DNA of 34,766 nucleotides from Thelocarpon superellum. Taxonomy: Eukaryota. Location of the stretch: NCBI GenBank assembly GCA_026025795.1, contig JAPEUG010000166.1, positions 1 through 34,766 on the forward strand. The letters run 5' to 3'. Of the stretch, positions 1-11,362 are shown in pieces. Under the pieces are notes generated by a model. That model did no database searches and was not told where the DNA came from. It saw only the letters and a program-made list of their open reading frames with translations. Numbering within the stretch: the stretch's first letter is position 1; every line of letters begins with the position of its first letter. The position numbers and the translations under genes were made by a program.

Positions 1-584
1 CCACTTCTTCCCATGTCGCACCAGATGTAGCAGAGGCAATCCACCAGCATTTAGAGCAGGCGCGTGCCCTAGGTGCTGTGATTGAAAGTCACGCCAGTGT
101 ATACGCCGTCCTGGACGTTCAGCAATTGGCCACGCATGCGCAGACCGTCTCTTATCCAGACCTGGCCCTCACTATCCTCACAGAGGTGTGTTTCACGTAT
201 TTCCCGCAGGGACCATTGGCCGAGCCTGAGGCCCTCATTGCAGCAGGGAGCTTGGCGATGAGATGTGAACCGTGCAAGATGTATTCTATGTGGGGCCTCG
301 TGTCCAATGGGTCCTCTGCAAATCCAGCAACTATCGTGAACAAAGAGACGTCAGGGTGGTAGGTGAGACAGATCAGTCAAGAGCACGGGGTCCTGACTTG
401 GTCCAATGGCATTGACACAGCATGCACACCTGCCACCTTGGAAGTTAGGCAGCGCCTGCGGATCTGGCCGAATCATGCATGCGTCGCCGGTGCGTGCTTC
501 GACTGGTTTTACATGAGGGATTCCGACGCGCTGGGTCGTGAGGATGAAATCGTCGACGCCTGGCCCCGATGGCGGGGTTAGTAA
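1..584 (+). pseudogene. DSD1: 3' part of a D-serine dehydratase (Dsd1 / D-threonine-aldolase-like, PLP fold III) gene, interrupted by an in-frame TAG; 5' end lies outside the window
   Basis: Frame +3 is open from the window start and reads ...IESHASVYAVLDVQQLATHA...DLALTILTEVC...EALIAAGSLAMRCEPCK...SGW*VRQISQEHGVLTW...RLRIWPNHACVAGA...EDEIVDAWPRWRG**. SQEHG, RIWPNHAC (Zn-binding His/Cys) and the near-terminal RG(W) are hallmarks of the fungal Dsd1 C-terminal domain. ORFs 78..362 and 363..581 are the same frame, separated only by TAG 360-362. Confidence 0.85.
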
Positions 585-2943
585 AGGTCATTCAGTCCAG
601 GGACCCCTCTGAGTAGCGAGGATCACGCTTCGTCTGGATGAGCCGCGTAGGGTGATGAACAGACCCACACGGCCCACACGTCATGCGTAAACAGTTGGGC
701 GATGTGATTGCAACCTTAGGCCCGGTCCGAGCTTGAGACGCTAAGCGTCTTGTGTCGTACGCTTCAAGGACAACTACTTCGTACTCGTATCCTGCCTGTG
801 GTGGGAGGAGGTATGAGGAGGCCTCACAGAAGCCGTGGCAGTTGAAACTTATACGTTGAACCACGGATACGACCTGTCCCCGTTTCCTATCCCGGTCTGA
901 AACGACATGTCTCCTCGCAAATTGCGTAAACAACGGGAGGGGATCGCCAAGACCGCACGCCCGCAGGGCGCTAAGCTCTGTACCTGCAATTGCGCCTGCA
1001 CAAGCGGACTCGCATTCCTGTACGATTGTGCGGGTGCGAGGGTGCAGGAGGGGGCAGGTACGGTCAATTACAAGGACCTTTGTCCACGGGCGGCCCAAAC
1101 GTCAGCAGCTCGCGGATACGAATGGTGGTGGCCATGGCGTAGCGAGACAGGCATCGTACCTCCTTTTGGGTACATATGAAGCAAGCATCAATGCGCGACC
1201 CCAGCACACTCTGACACAGTCGCCGTCGGACTCTCCGGGGCGGTACGGTTTCCGTACCCGGTCATCGAGCCACACCGCGCCAATGATCCATGACCGTTGC
1301 CACGGCCGTCCTTAATCAGATCACCACCACGCGCGGCGGGGTACGGGTAGATGGGGGGTGGGAGGACGAGGAGTGATTGGTGCATTGGGGCTCGGGAGGC
1401 TCGTCCAGCACGCAACGACGCTATCGAGGCTCCGCTAGTGGCGCAGCCGGGAGCAACGTGCAGCGAAGACACCATCGGCTTCCATCCTCGACTTCCATCC
1501 AGACCGCTGCGGGGCTGGTGGGTGGGAGCAGTGGCGAGATTGGTGGGCCGGCCTCTCACCGCAGTGGTCGCTGGGCGGATGAGGGGAGATAAAAGTTGCC
1601 TAACTATGGAGCGGCATGCGTCGGCGGTCGAAGTGGCTGGGTGGGTGACCTGGTGGTTGGTGGAGAAGGGATCGTTTGGGTGTGCGTGCGTGCGTGGGTG
1701 TGTGCGCGTCTCGCTTCGTGCCGCACCAAGGTCACCCATCGCCCTTCGCCCTTCGCCCTTCGCCGTCGTCTACCCGCTAGGCCGCCTATTCCGCCGGCGT
1801 CCTCGTGTGCAAGCCGCATCCTCGACCCCGCTGCCCAGCCAATCCGCGCGCCATGATCCACATCTCTCCGCGGATCGACCGAGCCATGCCCGCGTCGCCC
1901 CAGCCCAGTCCAGACTACGCCAGGTTCACGCAGACGTAGTCCCGCCGATTGACCGCACCTCGCAACGTCGTGGCGGCCAGGCCAGGCGCGACGGTCCTAG
2001 CAGCGGACGCAGTCGAGCGTGACGTACGAGTGCTGGAACGAGTACTCGTACGGGTCCGTCGTGTGTGCCCACCGGCCATAGCAGCGACTGTTTTGCTCTA
2101 CTAACGGACACGGAGCACAAGTGCTACCAGGACGAGTAGCCCTCTCTGGCCCTCCCCTTCCCATCATCCTTTGCCTTGTGCCGAAAGGGGACCCAATGCC
2201 GCGCTCTTGCAGATGTCCTAGTCTGTTCCGCCCTCCCCTCCCCCAACACACGCCCCAGCCTGACGGGCCCAGGAGGAGGAGGTCCTGCGGCGGCAGTGGT
2301 ACGCGTACCGCTCAGGGCCGCCGGTACCTCCAGCCTCGCGCGTGCCCCCCCATCACCGTCGTATCATGCTATCGGCACGGTACCGGGTGGCCCACCCACC
2401 TGGACGGGCTAGGACGGATGATGCACACAATGCATGTCCACTGACCCTGGCTCGCGCTCCACTTACGGCGCAGACCGAAGTACTCTGTACACCACCGCCA
2501 GTAACCTTACCCGCGCATGGACCATGATCTGCAGCTCGCCCGCCGTCCGCAGACCTCCCACCAGCTGCTCTGCGCGCCCCGTCACGCACGTTGACCTTCC
2601 GACCCTTCGTCATCCTCTCTGCGTCCCTCTGAAACTTCCCTTTCATCATGTCTCTTCTGACGCGTGGTCGGGCCATCCGGTGAAGACGCCCCTTCCATTC
2701 TCCATGCCATTGCTCGGCCCTCGATAGCCGAGGCAGTGACATCTCATTTGAAGCTCGGAGTCGGTGGGGTGGGCTTTCGTGCCTCATCGCCGTGCTCCCA
2801 TCCGCCGGGCTTGGTAGACGTGCTTCACTGCACCTGCACCGTCGTACCCACATCTCCAACCACGATCGGCCAAAGATTGCAACGCCATTAGCACCACACT
2901 TGGTCAAGGACGAGTCGGCGGACGATATCGCCCCGACAGAACA

Positions 2944-5086
2944 ATGGCGACGACCGGGAGAATCCTGCAGTCCGCCGAGGCTCCGAACGCCTCCTCGATC
3001 GAGACAACCATCCTGGCCACCATCCCCGAGCCCGAGGAGGAGTCCAGCATGAGCCAAGCGCCGGTACATCCCGTTCGGTGCATGCAGGGAGCGTTCGAAG
3101 AGTCCATTGTTGAGATGTCCGACGCACCTCAGTCGCCTTCCGCCCGAAGCTCGGCGGAGAAGGTCGACTCGACCACGCGTCGCCGCATCCTGCTCGAGCA
3201 GGAACAATCGGAAGACACACATGCGGCCAAGTGGAAAAAGAAGCCTGGCGAACGATACCATCCCATTTGGAAGATCATCGCGCAGATTACCTTTGGCGTA
3301 CATCTACTTCACGTGGACATGGCTAAGTCCGAGGAAGACGTCTTGACCATCCTGCAGAAGCATGTCGACGAGATCGACGGCTTTCTCGAGCGAACGACGG
3401 AGGACTTTGACCTGGCGATCGAGGACGTCGGCGAGCGGCTCCGATGTCTCAAGCTCCCACTCGAACATGGCGACGTCTTTGACGTCATGCTGGAAGACCG
3501 CACCTTTCGCAAGCAGATCGTCGATGGCAACGAGAAGATTGAGCACATTGCCAATCGGACCGCGACGGCCATGAATGATGCGTTGCGAGACGTCCGGCAT
3601 GGTCTCGAGGCCACGCGGGAGTTGGCACGATACATTGCCAAGCTCGGCGTAGAGTGGACCGCGCGGACCGAGGATCAAGACGAGGTGTACCTGGCCATGA
3701 GTGGCAACGCGGAAGGATGGTATCGCTGTTTGGCCGCGCTGCAGAAGAAGGGCCAGAATCTGAACGCGTTGCTCACGTCTTTAAATGGTATCATCGCGGA
3801 GCTGCAGAAGCGGGCAGGCATCGCCAGTCGGAAACACCTGGTAGGTACCGTGGATGGTGATGCATTCTACGTTCGCTCACGCGTCCTAGGCACAAGTCCA
3901 AGGCGTGCCGATACAGCGGCCCACGACACCGGTCCTGCCGGAGCGATCGCCACTACGATCACACTCCATCAAGAAGGGAGAGATCCAACAGCGATCCAAG
4001 TCCAACCCATCGCCAAACATGCATCCGCAGGACCGACGAAATTTCAAGGACCGACCGACGCCGAATAAAATGACTCGCTTTCTCACCGTGTCGGGACATG
4101 ATCCGCTCCAGACGCAACAAAGGAGCCGACCAAGCTCCGTCACCATCCGCACATCTTCACTTAGCGGGACCCAACAGACCCCGTCACCACCCAAGGCCTC
4201 ATCTCGCGAAGCTAAACATGCGGAAGAGTCGCGGGCTTCGACCCGTGCGTCTACGCGCGCGTCGACCCGGGCGCCGAACTCTCCGGTGGAGTCGTCTGAA
4301 GCACGATCGTTCTTTGGTCGGAGCCCTTCGCGAGGCGAACGGCAACCGATCTTCTTTCGCCGTGCCGCCTTTTCTAAAGCTCTCGCCTTTCGGAGCAAGC
4401 CGATTTCCCCCAAGGTCTCTCTCCCAAAGTCCGAGTCGGCCGTGTCTCTCCCTGAGGAGCGTACGCCGGGAGCGATAACTGAACGGGACCACTACTTCCG
4501 CACGGCCCCGGACCGGGCTACCTCCGTCAAATCACCGCAACCTCTGGCTGAAGTGCCCCCGTTATTGTCGCCTTTCAATGAGTCAGCGGTGAGCAAATCC
4601 CGCCTTGGGGCCGGGGCCGGGGCCGGTCTCGCTCCCGCATCGCCGACCTCGTCACGGGATTCGGTCGAGCGAATGACGTCGCCGGACATGACCAACACGA
4701 CGCGCAGCACTACTCCGGGAACGCGAAGTGCGACTCCATCGCCTCTGAATCAGAGTGTGGCAGTGTGGTCGCCCAAGGCCGAGTGGCTCCTCGGCCACAA
4801 AGAGAGGGTCGAGCAAGCTACGTCGCCGCCAAAAGCAGACGTGACGAATGAGAAACGAGACGGCCGGAAGATCTTCCACAAGTATCAACTGAGTCGCGAG
4901 ATGGAGCTTGCCTTTCCCAGCAAGCCTAAGTGGGAGCCTCCGCCAACCACCTTGGACATTGGCCCGTCGCGGAAACCGCTCACGCTGAAGAGTGGCATCT
5001 CGCTGCTCAAGAAGCCGTTCGAGCCCGACTCGGCCTTTCACCAGTTTTTGAACGGGGGCGGCCTGGGTGTGATGAATCAGCATTAG
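2944..5086 (+). CDS. Conserved fungal hypothetical protein (~697 aa): helical/coiled-coil N-terminal domain plus Ser/Pro/Arg-rich disordered C-terminus; exons 2944-3840 and 3890-5086
   Basis: Two long ORFs join in frame through a 49-bp intron 3841-3889 (GTAGGT...GCTCAC...CTAG). The N-terminal part (W..KPGERYHPIWKIIAQITFGVHLLH...FLERTTEDFDLA..DV.ERL..LKLPLEH) looks like a conserved Pezizomycotina family of unknown function. Confidence 0.85.
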
Positions 5087-5166
5087 GACATCAGGTGTGA
5101 TTGTCATGATTAAGTGATGAGGAAGACGATGAGGACGGACGTGCTCGACGATGATGAAGGGAATCT

Positions 5167-5265
5167 GGGGACGTGGACGGGGACGGGGACGGGGACGGGG
5201 ACGACGATGACGAAGGGGCAACGAGGATGGAATGAGAACTGGAACTGGAACGGGAATGGGAACCG
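5167..5265 (+). repeat. Hexamer microsatellites (GGGGAC)x6 at 5167-5202 and degenerate (GAAYKG)n at 5236-5265
   Basis: Read directly: ggggac gtggac ggggac ggggac ggggac ggggac; gaactg gaactg gaacgg gaatgg gaaccg. Confidence 0.9.
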
Positions 5266-5433
5266 TGCAACAAACGATCTCCTTCTCTCCACCTCCCCGC
5301 CCTCCCCTGTCATTTCACCATCACAATCACAGCCCTACAATTTCTTCCATCTAGTTAGTTGTGTCAGCTCTGCCTATATACCCCAACGGTTCTCCTTTCC
5401 CCATTGATCTACTTGTCTATCCATCTTATGGAA

Positions 5434-5462
5434 CTATCTATCTGTCTATCTATCTATCTATC
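5434..5462 (+). repeat. (CTAT)n tetranucleotide microsatellite between two convergent genes
   Basis: ctat ctat ctgt ctat ctat ctat ctat c. Confidence 0.9.
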
Positions 5463-5775
5463 CTGTGGATTTATCAATGAATCTCTCTACGAAGCTATTC
5501 TATCTCTAGGAATTTGTTAATCAACGTTCCGACTCTATTGTCGCCCTCTTCCGGCCTCGGCGAGCCACTTGGATGATGCAAATAGAACCATCACCTTTGT
5601 GACTTAAGTGCTACCAGTACTTCATCTCAAACGGTACTCCGTACCGACCATCAGGAACCTACCAGTATATATATACACATCTCCTTGTACTTGTCCCATA
5701 GCATCTCATCAAGCCCGCGCCCCAATTCCACTCCTGGCCCGTTTCCTTTCCTTTCCGTCCCGTCCCATTTCAACC

Positions 5776-8700
5776 CTACTTCACGCGAAACCTCCCCCCT
5801 CGATCCAACACCAACAAGTCCTCCTGCACAAGCGAGCCCAAGCACTCACTCAGCTCCGCCTCGGAAAAGGCCACGCCGCCCGCTACAGCCATGCGCAACA
5901 TGCTTCCAATCTGCATCGCTGGCATCGGCCCCGCGTTGGTCAGCATGCCGATTATGAAGGGCTGGTAGGTTGATTTGATCCGGTCGACGACCGATGTCGT
6001 GCTCGTGATGGCGGGCATGCCGGGGCTGGCCGTGGGCGCTGGCGGTGCTTTGGCGTGCGACGCGCTGCCGCTGTTGGAGAGCGCGGCGGGGAGCCGTTCC
6101 ATGACGCTGAAGGTCTCGTTTCCAGGGGGAACTGCTTCTTCGGTAAGGACGAGCTTGCTGGTCCAGAAGCTGAGGCCGTTGCGGACCAGAGCCTCGGGCA
6201 TTTGCAGCGCCATCGTGAGATCGGTCACGGATCGCGTGGACTCGTTCTGGAAGGCGTAGATGATGCTGGCTTGCCACGTCTGCACTTCTTCCACCACTGC
6301 CCGATCTTCGAGCTCGAGCTCGACTATCACTCGTCCCAGCGCATTCAGCCAGGTGAGCTTGCGCGATTGCTTCAGCTTCTCGAAGCCCATTTCGTATTGT
6401 TCCTGCAGCTCGCGGATCTCGGGCGGCACGAGGAAGGTGTCTTCGTGTAGCTCCGGCCAGAAGAGTCGAGAGAGGATGTTCGCGTGCATTTCCGGCACCA
6501 TGTTGCGTGCCCTCTGGTCTAGTTGCTGGTCGGCTCGAATGTTGCGGTCAATGCCTCGGGATTCTCGAACGTCTCGGAGCATCACTTCGCACGCTTGCAG
6601 CGCGCCCTCTCCGAATCGGAGCTTGAGCAGCTCCAGCACTCGAACCTGTACCTCGTCAGCATCGTCTTTGTCTCCCGGGAGATCATCCCGCTCACCTCCT
6701 TCTCTAGCTCGAAATCCTTCTTCAGCAATCTCTCCCCCATGATGTTCTGGAATTCCTTGACAAACACGTCTTTCGAGTCGAACAGGCTGATCAGACTCCC
6801 CACCACATCAGACCCTTTGGACTTCTTGTAATCTGGCACCTTTCTCAGCATCATCGTCCGTCAATACGACGCTCAACTTACCCGGTCCAGCGTCGACCGG
6901 ATCTGGCACCCATTGCATGTCATCCCAGTCTAATTCGCCATCATCCTCGCCATCTTGACCCATGAAACCCGATGCCTGATTCAGTTCGGTCGCGAGCTCG
7001 ACCAAAACATCTCCAGCAGACGATGTCGGTGGCCCGTCCTCGGCCTCTTCGTCGGCTAATAACCCCGCGACAATGACCTTGACCGTGTCATCGCGGTCTT
7101 TTAGGTAGCGGCGGATCGGCCGCGCCACCCGGTCCAGGAGGACGCCCTTAGGATCCAGCTTGCCGAAGGATCGGATGAGCGCGACGTAGATCTGGAGAAT
7201 TTGGAGGGTGGATGCCCCCGGCTGGAGCAGTCTCTTTGACAGCACGCCGACAAAGGACGTCGTCAGATGAGTTCGGGTGGTTGGCGTCGTGATATATGTC
7301 TTCAATAAGTCAGATGTGTCGGTTTTGTTAGCTCACCCCGTTCACGCGCACCTTGAGATCATCGATTGCTCCCTTGCTTTCGCTCCAATCAACCACGATA
7401 TCAAATAACTGATCGACCCGTAACCTCCCCAGCCGGCCGGTGCTCATCTCACTCCATTTGCGCACATCGTCGAGTTCGACGGGGTTCGGCCTATGCGCTG
7501 ATCTGGCCTGATCTCCCGTTGTCATCTCCTCGTCCCCGTTGCCCAAGAAGTGTAGCACTTCTACGACGAGACGAGCGAAGGTGTCCTCGATCCATCGATT
7601 CAGACGCTGAGGCACGCCCGACAGGGTCTGCCATTCAGCTGCATAGGCTGTCTTGATAAAGTCCGTCATAGCTTGATGCATTACCTCGGCGAATACCCGC
7701 TGTCCTCGCTCGCGGCCCAGACCAACCTCTTCCATGTTTTGGAAGAGCCGGAAAATCTTTCGACGAGACTCCAGGGTCATCTGGTGGAGATGCTCTGGCC
7801 TGGCGTCGGCTTGGACCCTTGCGCGCCTGTACACTCCCTCCGTCACCACCATCGGCTCGTTCCCGACGTTGGGCACGCCATCATCATCCATCATCTCTTG
7901 ATCCTCCTGGTCCCCAACCGCCGACATCGCTGCTTGGCGGTCGGCGTCATGGCCACTGCTATGAAATCCTAGCACGGTGCGGATCTCACGCGTGAGTACA
8001 TCGTTGAGGCTGGCAAAGAATCGTTCGTGGGGAACAGAGTAAGCGACGAGAGCTTGTAAGCTCCGACGGAATTGGCTTTGAATATGTGATGCTTCGGTGC
8101 AGTCTTGGACCGTCTTCTTCATGCTCCGCCTCGGTCCTTCCCGACTCGAAATTGCAGGGAGAAGATATTTCTTGAGCCTATCTTCGTACACTAGCTGTGC
8201 TAGCTTGAGCAGCTCAAGGATTTGGAAGAGCGAGGCTTCATTATCTTGAGGCTCGGCGCCATGCTTTCATTGCGGGTCAGCCAATGTAGATGGCAGAAGA
8301 GGGGCACGTCATACTGCTTGCAGATCTGGTTTGGTATGAGTCTGAAAGTGCCGGTGCACCTCATTCCCGTACCACGCAATCAGATCTCCGTCGTCGTGGG
8401 CCGTCGTGAGATCGGCCTGGCGACTCGTGGTCAAGAGATAGAAGATGGCCCCCTGGGTGTCCCGTGGACAAGGAGGGAACCACTTGAATTGAGCGAGGTT
8501 GACCTCGGCGGGGTCGGGGGGTGGGACGATCCGTTCGTTGGGGATGCTCAGGAACGTCGTCGCCGCATGCCAGGCTCGGCTCCACCGAATGCGCTCCTCG
8601 GCAATGTTGGGGTGCACCTGTCGCCGTGACGGAGATTCATCATGGACATGTCCTCCGAAGGATTGACCAGGAACAAAAGTGTTCGGGTCTGGCGTGGCAA

Positions 8701-8797
8701 GCGGAGTCGGCGGGGTGGATGCAATGGACAGGGATGGAAAGACAGAAGACAAGACTTGTTTCCGCTTCCGCTTGATCGAGACGCCTGAGGTGGTCAT
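5776..8797 (-). CDS. APC2: Anaphase-promoting complex subunit 2 (cullin-like); exons 8797-8315, 8263-7352, 7299-6882, 6832-6696, 6645-5776
   Basis: Five ORFs join in frame through GT-AG introns 8314-8264, 7351-7300, 6881-6833 and 6695-6646 (49-52 bp). APC2 motifs: LFDIVVDW.ES..AIDDLK, RLLQPGAST..IL..Y, LDPKGVLL.RV..PIR.YL..R.DTV, W.PDPVDAGP, ELLKLRFGE..LQ.CEVML.D, ILSRLFWP, RKLTW...LG.V, plus a C-terminal winged-helix (IIGMLTN). Confidence 0.96.
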
Positions 8798-9764
8798 GAC
8801 GAGTCCTGGAGATGAGTCTTCGAGACCCGTGGGCTGATCATCAAGCCATTCTTACGCCTGCTCCATCACACCGAGTGGCTCTCGTCTATCTGCCGGTACT
8901 TGCCCTCGTCAAAGTCGCGTGTCGAGACACTATCGCGAGAGCCGCGCCATTGTCACGTGGGATCGATTTCAGCTTACGCCGCCCGCCCGGCTCGAAGGAT
9001 TGAGCACCTGACTACCATACCCCACAGCCCCCGCCGTTGCTCTAAATATGGTAGGCGTAGAGTCCAGGTCAATTCAAACTGGCCTAGGGCTGACTGTCGA
9101 TAGGGCTGCACCTCGCAAGGTCCAGGGTCTCGGATCGCGACGGACGGAACGTTCGTGCGCAGGGCCTGGCGTGCGGCAGTTTCCTCGAAAGCTGGTCTTC
9201 TGATCTTCTGGCCCTCAGCCTCGAGGCTCAGCTACGAGCGGGCCGCAAGCACGGTGGAAGGCACAATAGTCGGGCGCGCCAAGCGTGTTTACCTCGCGTC
9301 AGCCTCTACAGCCGGATGTGCGAAAGCGATTCGTGGTGACTAGCTACTAAGTAGTACTTCGTACCGGCGAAAATAGAGCAGTGGCAACTCCGGTCCGAGC
9401 GAACTATACGCCGCGCTGGTGCCAGGCACGGCCAATGGCGGGTTCGCCAGTCCGTGCCATGGACGAAGGGTCCGGTTCGTTCCCAGATCCGAAGAGGCTA
9501 GACGAGCTGACGGCGAACGCATGCCAAGCCACGATCCCCCAACTCCCACGGCCATCCCGGCCCCCAACGCCGAATGCAATTTCCTTGCCATCGAGCTAGG
9601 GGCACTGAAGACCAGACGCCTCAGGATGATAAAACGACGACCAGCCCGCGGGCGTCAGCGACAAAGATATTCCAAGTCCTGCTGCCTTCGTGAAGTCGTC
9701 GCCGTTCACCAGTTCCCTTCCCTGAGCTCCTCCATCCGGCTCAGGCTCCGTGCACTCGAGCATC

Positions 9765-10349
9765 ATGTACTCCAACGCTCTCCTTCTAGCCCTCTTCTCG
9801 GCCGCGAACCTGGTCGCCGGCCAAGCAGGCGCGCCCTTTCCAACGTAAGACACCATGGACGCGTCTGGCCTGTGACACGGGCTGATTGAACCCAGTGACT
9901 CGGGCGCCTTGTCGTCCTTCTTCTCCGAGTTGTCGAACCCGTCGGCGGCGCTGTCGCTGGCGTCACAGCTTGGTGCAGGCATCTTCACTGGCATTGACCC
10001 CGCATATCTGTCCATGGTACCGGCCTCCATCCAGACCGAGCTCTCGGCAGACCTCGTCTCCTTGTCCAGCGCGATTAGCGGCCTCAGCACCGACTTTCCT
10101 ACTTCCGCTCCGGCAGCGGCGACGAGCGAACTTCCAAGCCCGAACCCGGCCACCACCCCAACATCCGGCGCGGCCTCAACCTCCGCCGCCGCGACATCCA
10201 CCGTGCCCAGCGTAACCACCAGTACTACTGCGACCTCGACCGGGACTGTCTCCGCCGCCAGCACCACGACGACCCACAATGCGGCTGGGACACTCGCGCC
10301 CGGAAGCCTTGCCGTCGCTGGTGCTTTGGGTCTTGCGCTGATGATCTGA
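9765..10349 (+). CDS. Small secreted Ser/Thr/Ala-rich, probably GPI-anchored cell-wall protein (177 aa); exons 9765-9844 and 9896-10349
   Basis: Signal peptide MYSNALLLALFSAANLVAG; 51-bp intron 9845-9895 (GTAAGA...GCTGAT...CCCAG) joins it in frame to ORF 9909..10349; S/T-rich stalk; omega-site-like HNAAG followed by the hydrophobic tail SLAVAGALGLALMI. Confidence 0.88.
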
Positions 10350-10540
10350 GCGAGTCGGGAAGGAGAGGCGTCTCAATGTACCGTAGGAAGTAGCATACTA
10401 GATTGGACATCTCGATCATAAGCGTCCAATCCATGAGTTTTCTTCTGGATCAGGCTGCGCCGTGAGTGTGTGGGGGCAGATACGATCCCGTCCCGTAGAG
10501 CACGGTCTACGCGGGAAAAAGGGTTCAATTTCAATGCCCC

Positions 10541-11362
10541 TCAGAGAAGGTGAAGTTCCGTCAGAGTTCCGTTAAGGGGAGGGTCGAAGGCGATACTGCC
10601 CCCTCGCCATACACCCTGGTCCTGCATCTGGTGGGGGAAGAACTTGTGAGACTCCCCGACCCTGGAGTGCTTCACAGGATCGGAAGAAAACCATCCTTCC
10701 ACGGCATTGATCCGGACTTTGAGGCTGTTCGCCGTCTGAGCGATCCCATCTGGCAGTCGTCCCGCGCCAGGTCCGAAGCAGACAAAGTCCCCGTCGTATT
10801 TCTCCTTCGACCAGATGCACACGGACGGCACGCGGGTGATGTTCACTTTCGTCTCGTGGATGAAGATGAAGCACGGCTTGGGGGTCGCCGAGCCGGAAAG
10901 ATAGTCCGTGATATTGTGCGCAAACATGCTGCCCGGTCCCTGCCTATCGGTAAAGGCGGTCAGCCGGACTGGAGATGTCTTCCCATTGATGGTTGCTTCG
11001 TCGCTGCCAAACATCAACATTGGGCTTTTCGATGCTGGTGGAATGTAAGTGTCGACGGTGGACCACGTGAAATTGTATTTGCCTTCGGCTCGGTCGATTC
11101 GGTAGAGCCCTGGCGGCATGCAGCGCGTCGCGTTGGTAGAAGAGCTGCGGAAACATGCCCAGTCCTCGATGTGCTCGACCGGGCCGAACATGGGCGCTGA
11201 TGGAAATCGGTATGACTTGTGAACACTGACCGAGCCCTCGAGATATTTCCACCGGCTGTGGACGGGAGGAGGATTGGAGTCGGCGGGGATGAAGACCGCA
11301 CAGCTGAGCCGGACATGGATGGAGATGACACCCAGGACAGCGAGGAGTGTTGTTAGATACAT
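10541..11362 (-). CDS. Secreted Cys-containing protein (273 aa) with a C-terminal beta/gamma-crystallin-like motif
   Basis: Single ORF. ATG 11362 starts the signal peptide MYLTTLLAVLGVISIHVRLSCA. Several N-glycosylation sequons (NAT, NFT, NIT x2, NGT). Segment VCIWSKEKYDGDFVCFGPG...LPDGIAQTANSLKV. A TATA-like TATATATA lies at about 11598-11605 upstream. Confidence 0.75.
   Translation of the reverse strand: MYLTTLLAVLGVISIHVRLSCAVFIPADSNPPPVHSRWKYLEGSVSVHKSYRFPSAPMFGPVEHIEDWACFRSSSTNATRCMPPGLYRIDRAEGKYNFTWSTVDTYIPPASKSPMLMFGSDEATINGKTSPVRLTAFTDRQGPGSMFAHNITDYLSGSATPKPCFIFIHETKVNITRVPSVCIWSKEKYDGDFVCFGPGAGRLPDGIAQTANSLKVRINAVEGWFSSDPVKHSRVGESHKFFPHQMQDQGVWRGGSIAFDPPLNGTLTELHLL

Noticed and set aside
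359..371. Micro-intron GTAGGTGAGACAG that would remove the DSD1 internal stop
   Set aside because: Only 13 nt, no branch site, and it would shift the frame before SQEHG.
592..1739. ORFs 592..1098 (-), 907..1179 (+), 1188..1739 (-)
   Set aside because: No recognisable motifs; Arg/Pro/Cys-rich composition typical of chance ORFs in GC-rich DNA.
2353..3678. Long antisense ORFs overlapping real genes (2353..3303, 3304..3678; likewise 9596..10279, 20596..21708, 28213..28848, 30072..30824)
   Set aside because: Shadow frames caused by GC-rich codon bias in the opposite-strand genes.
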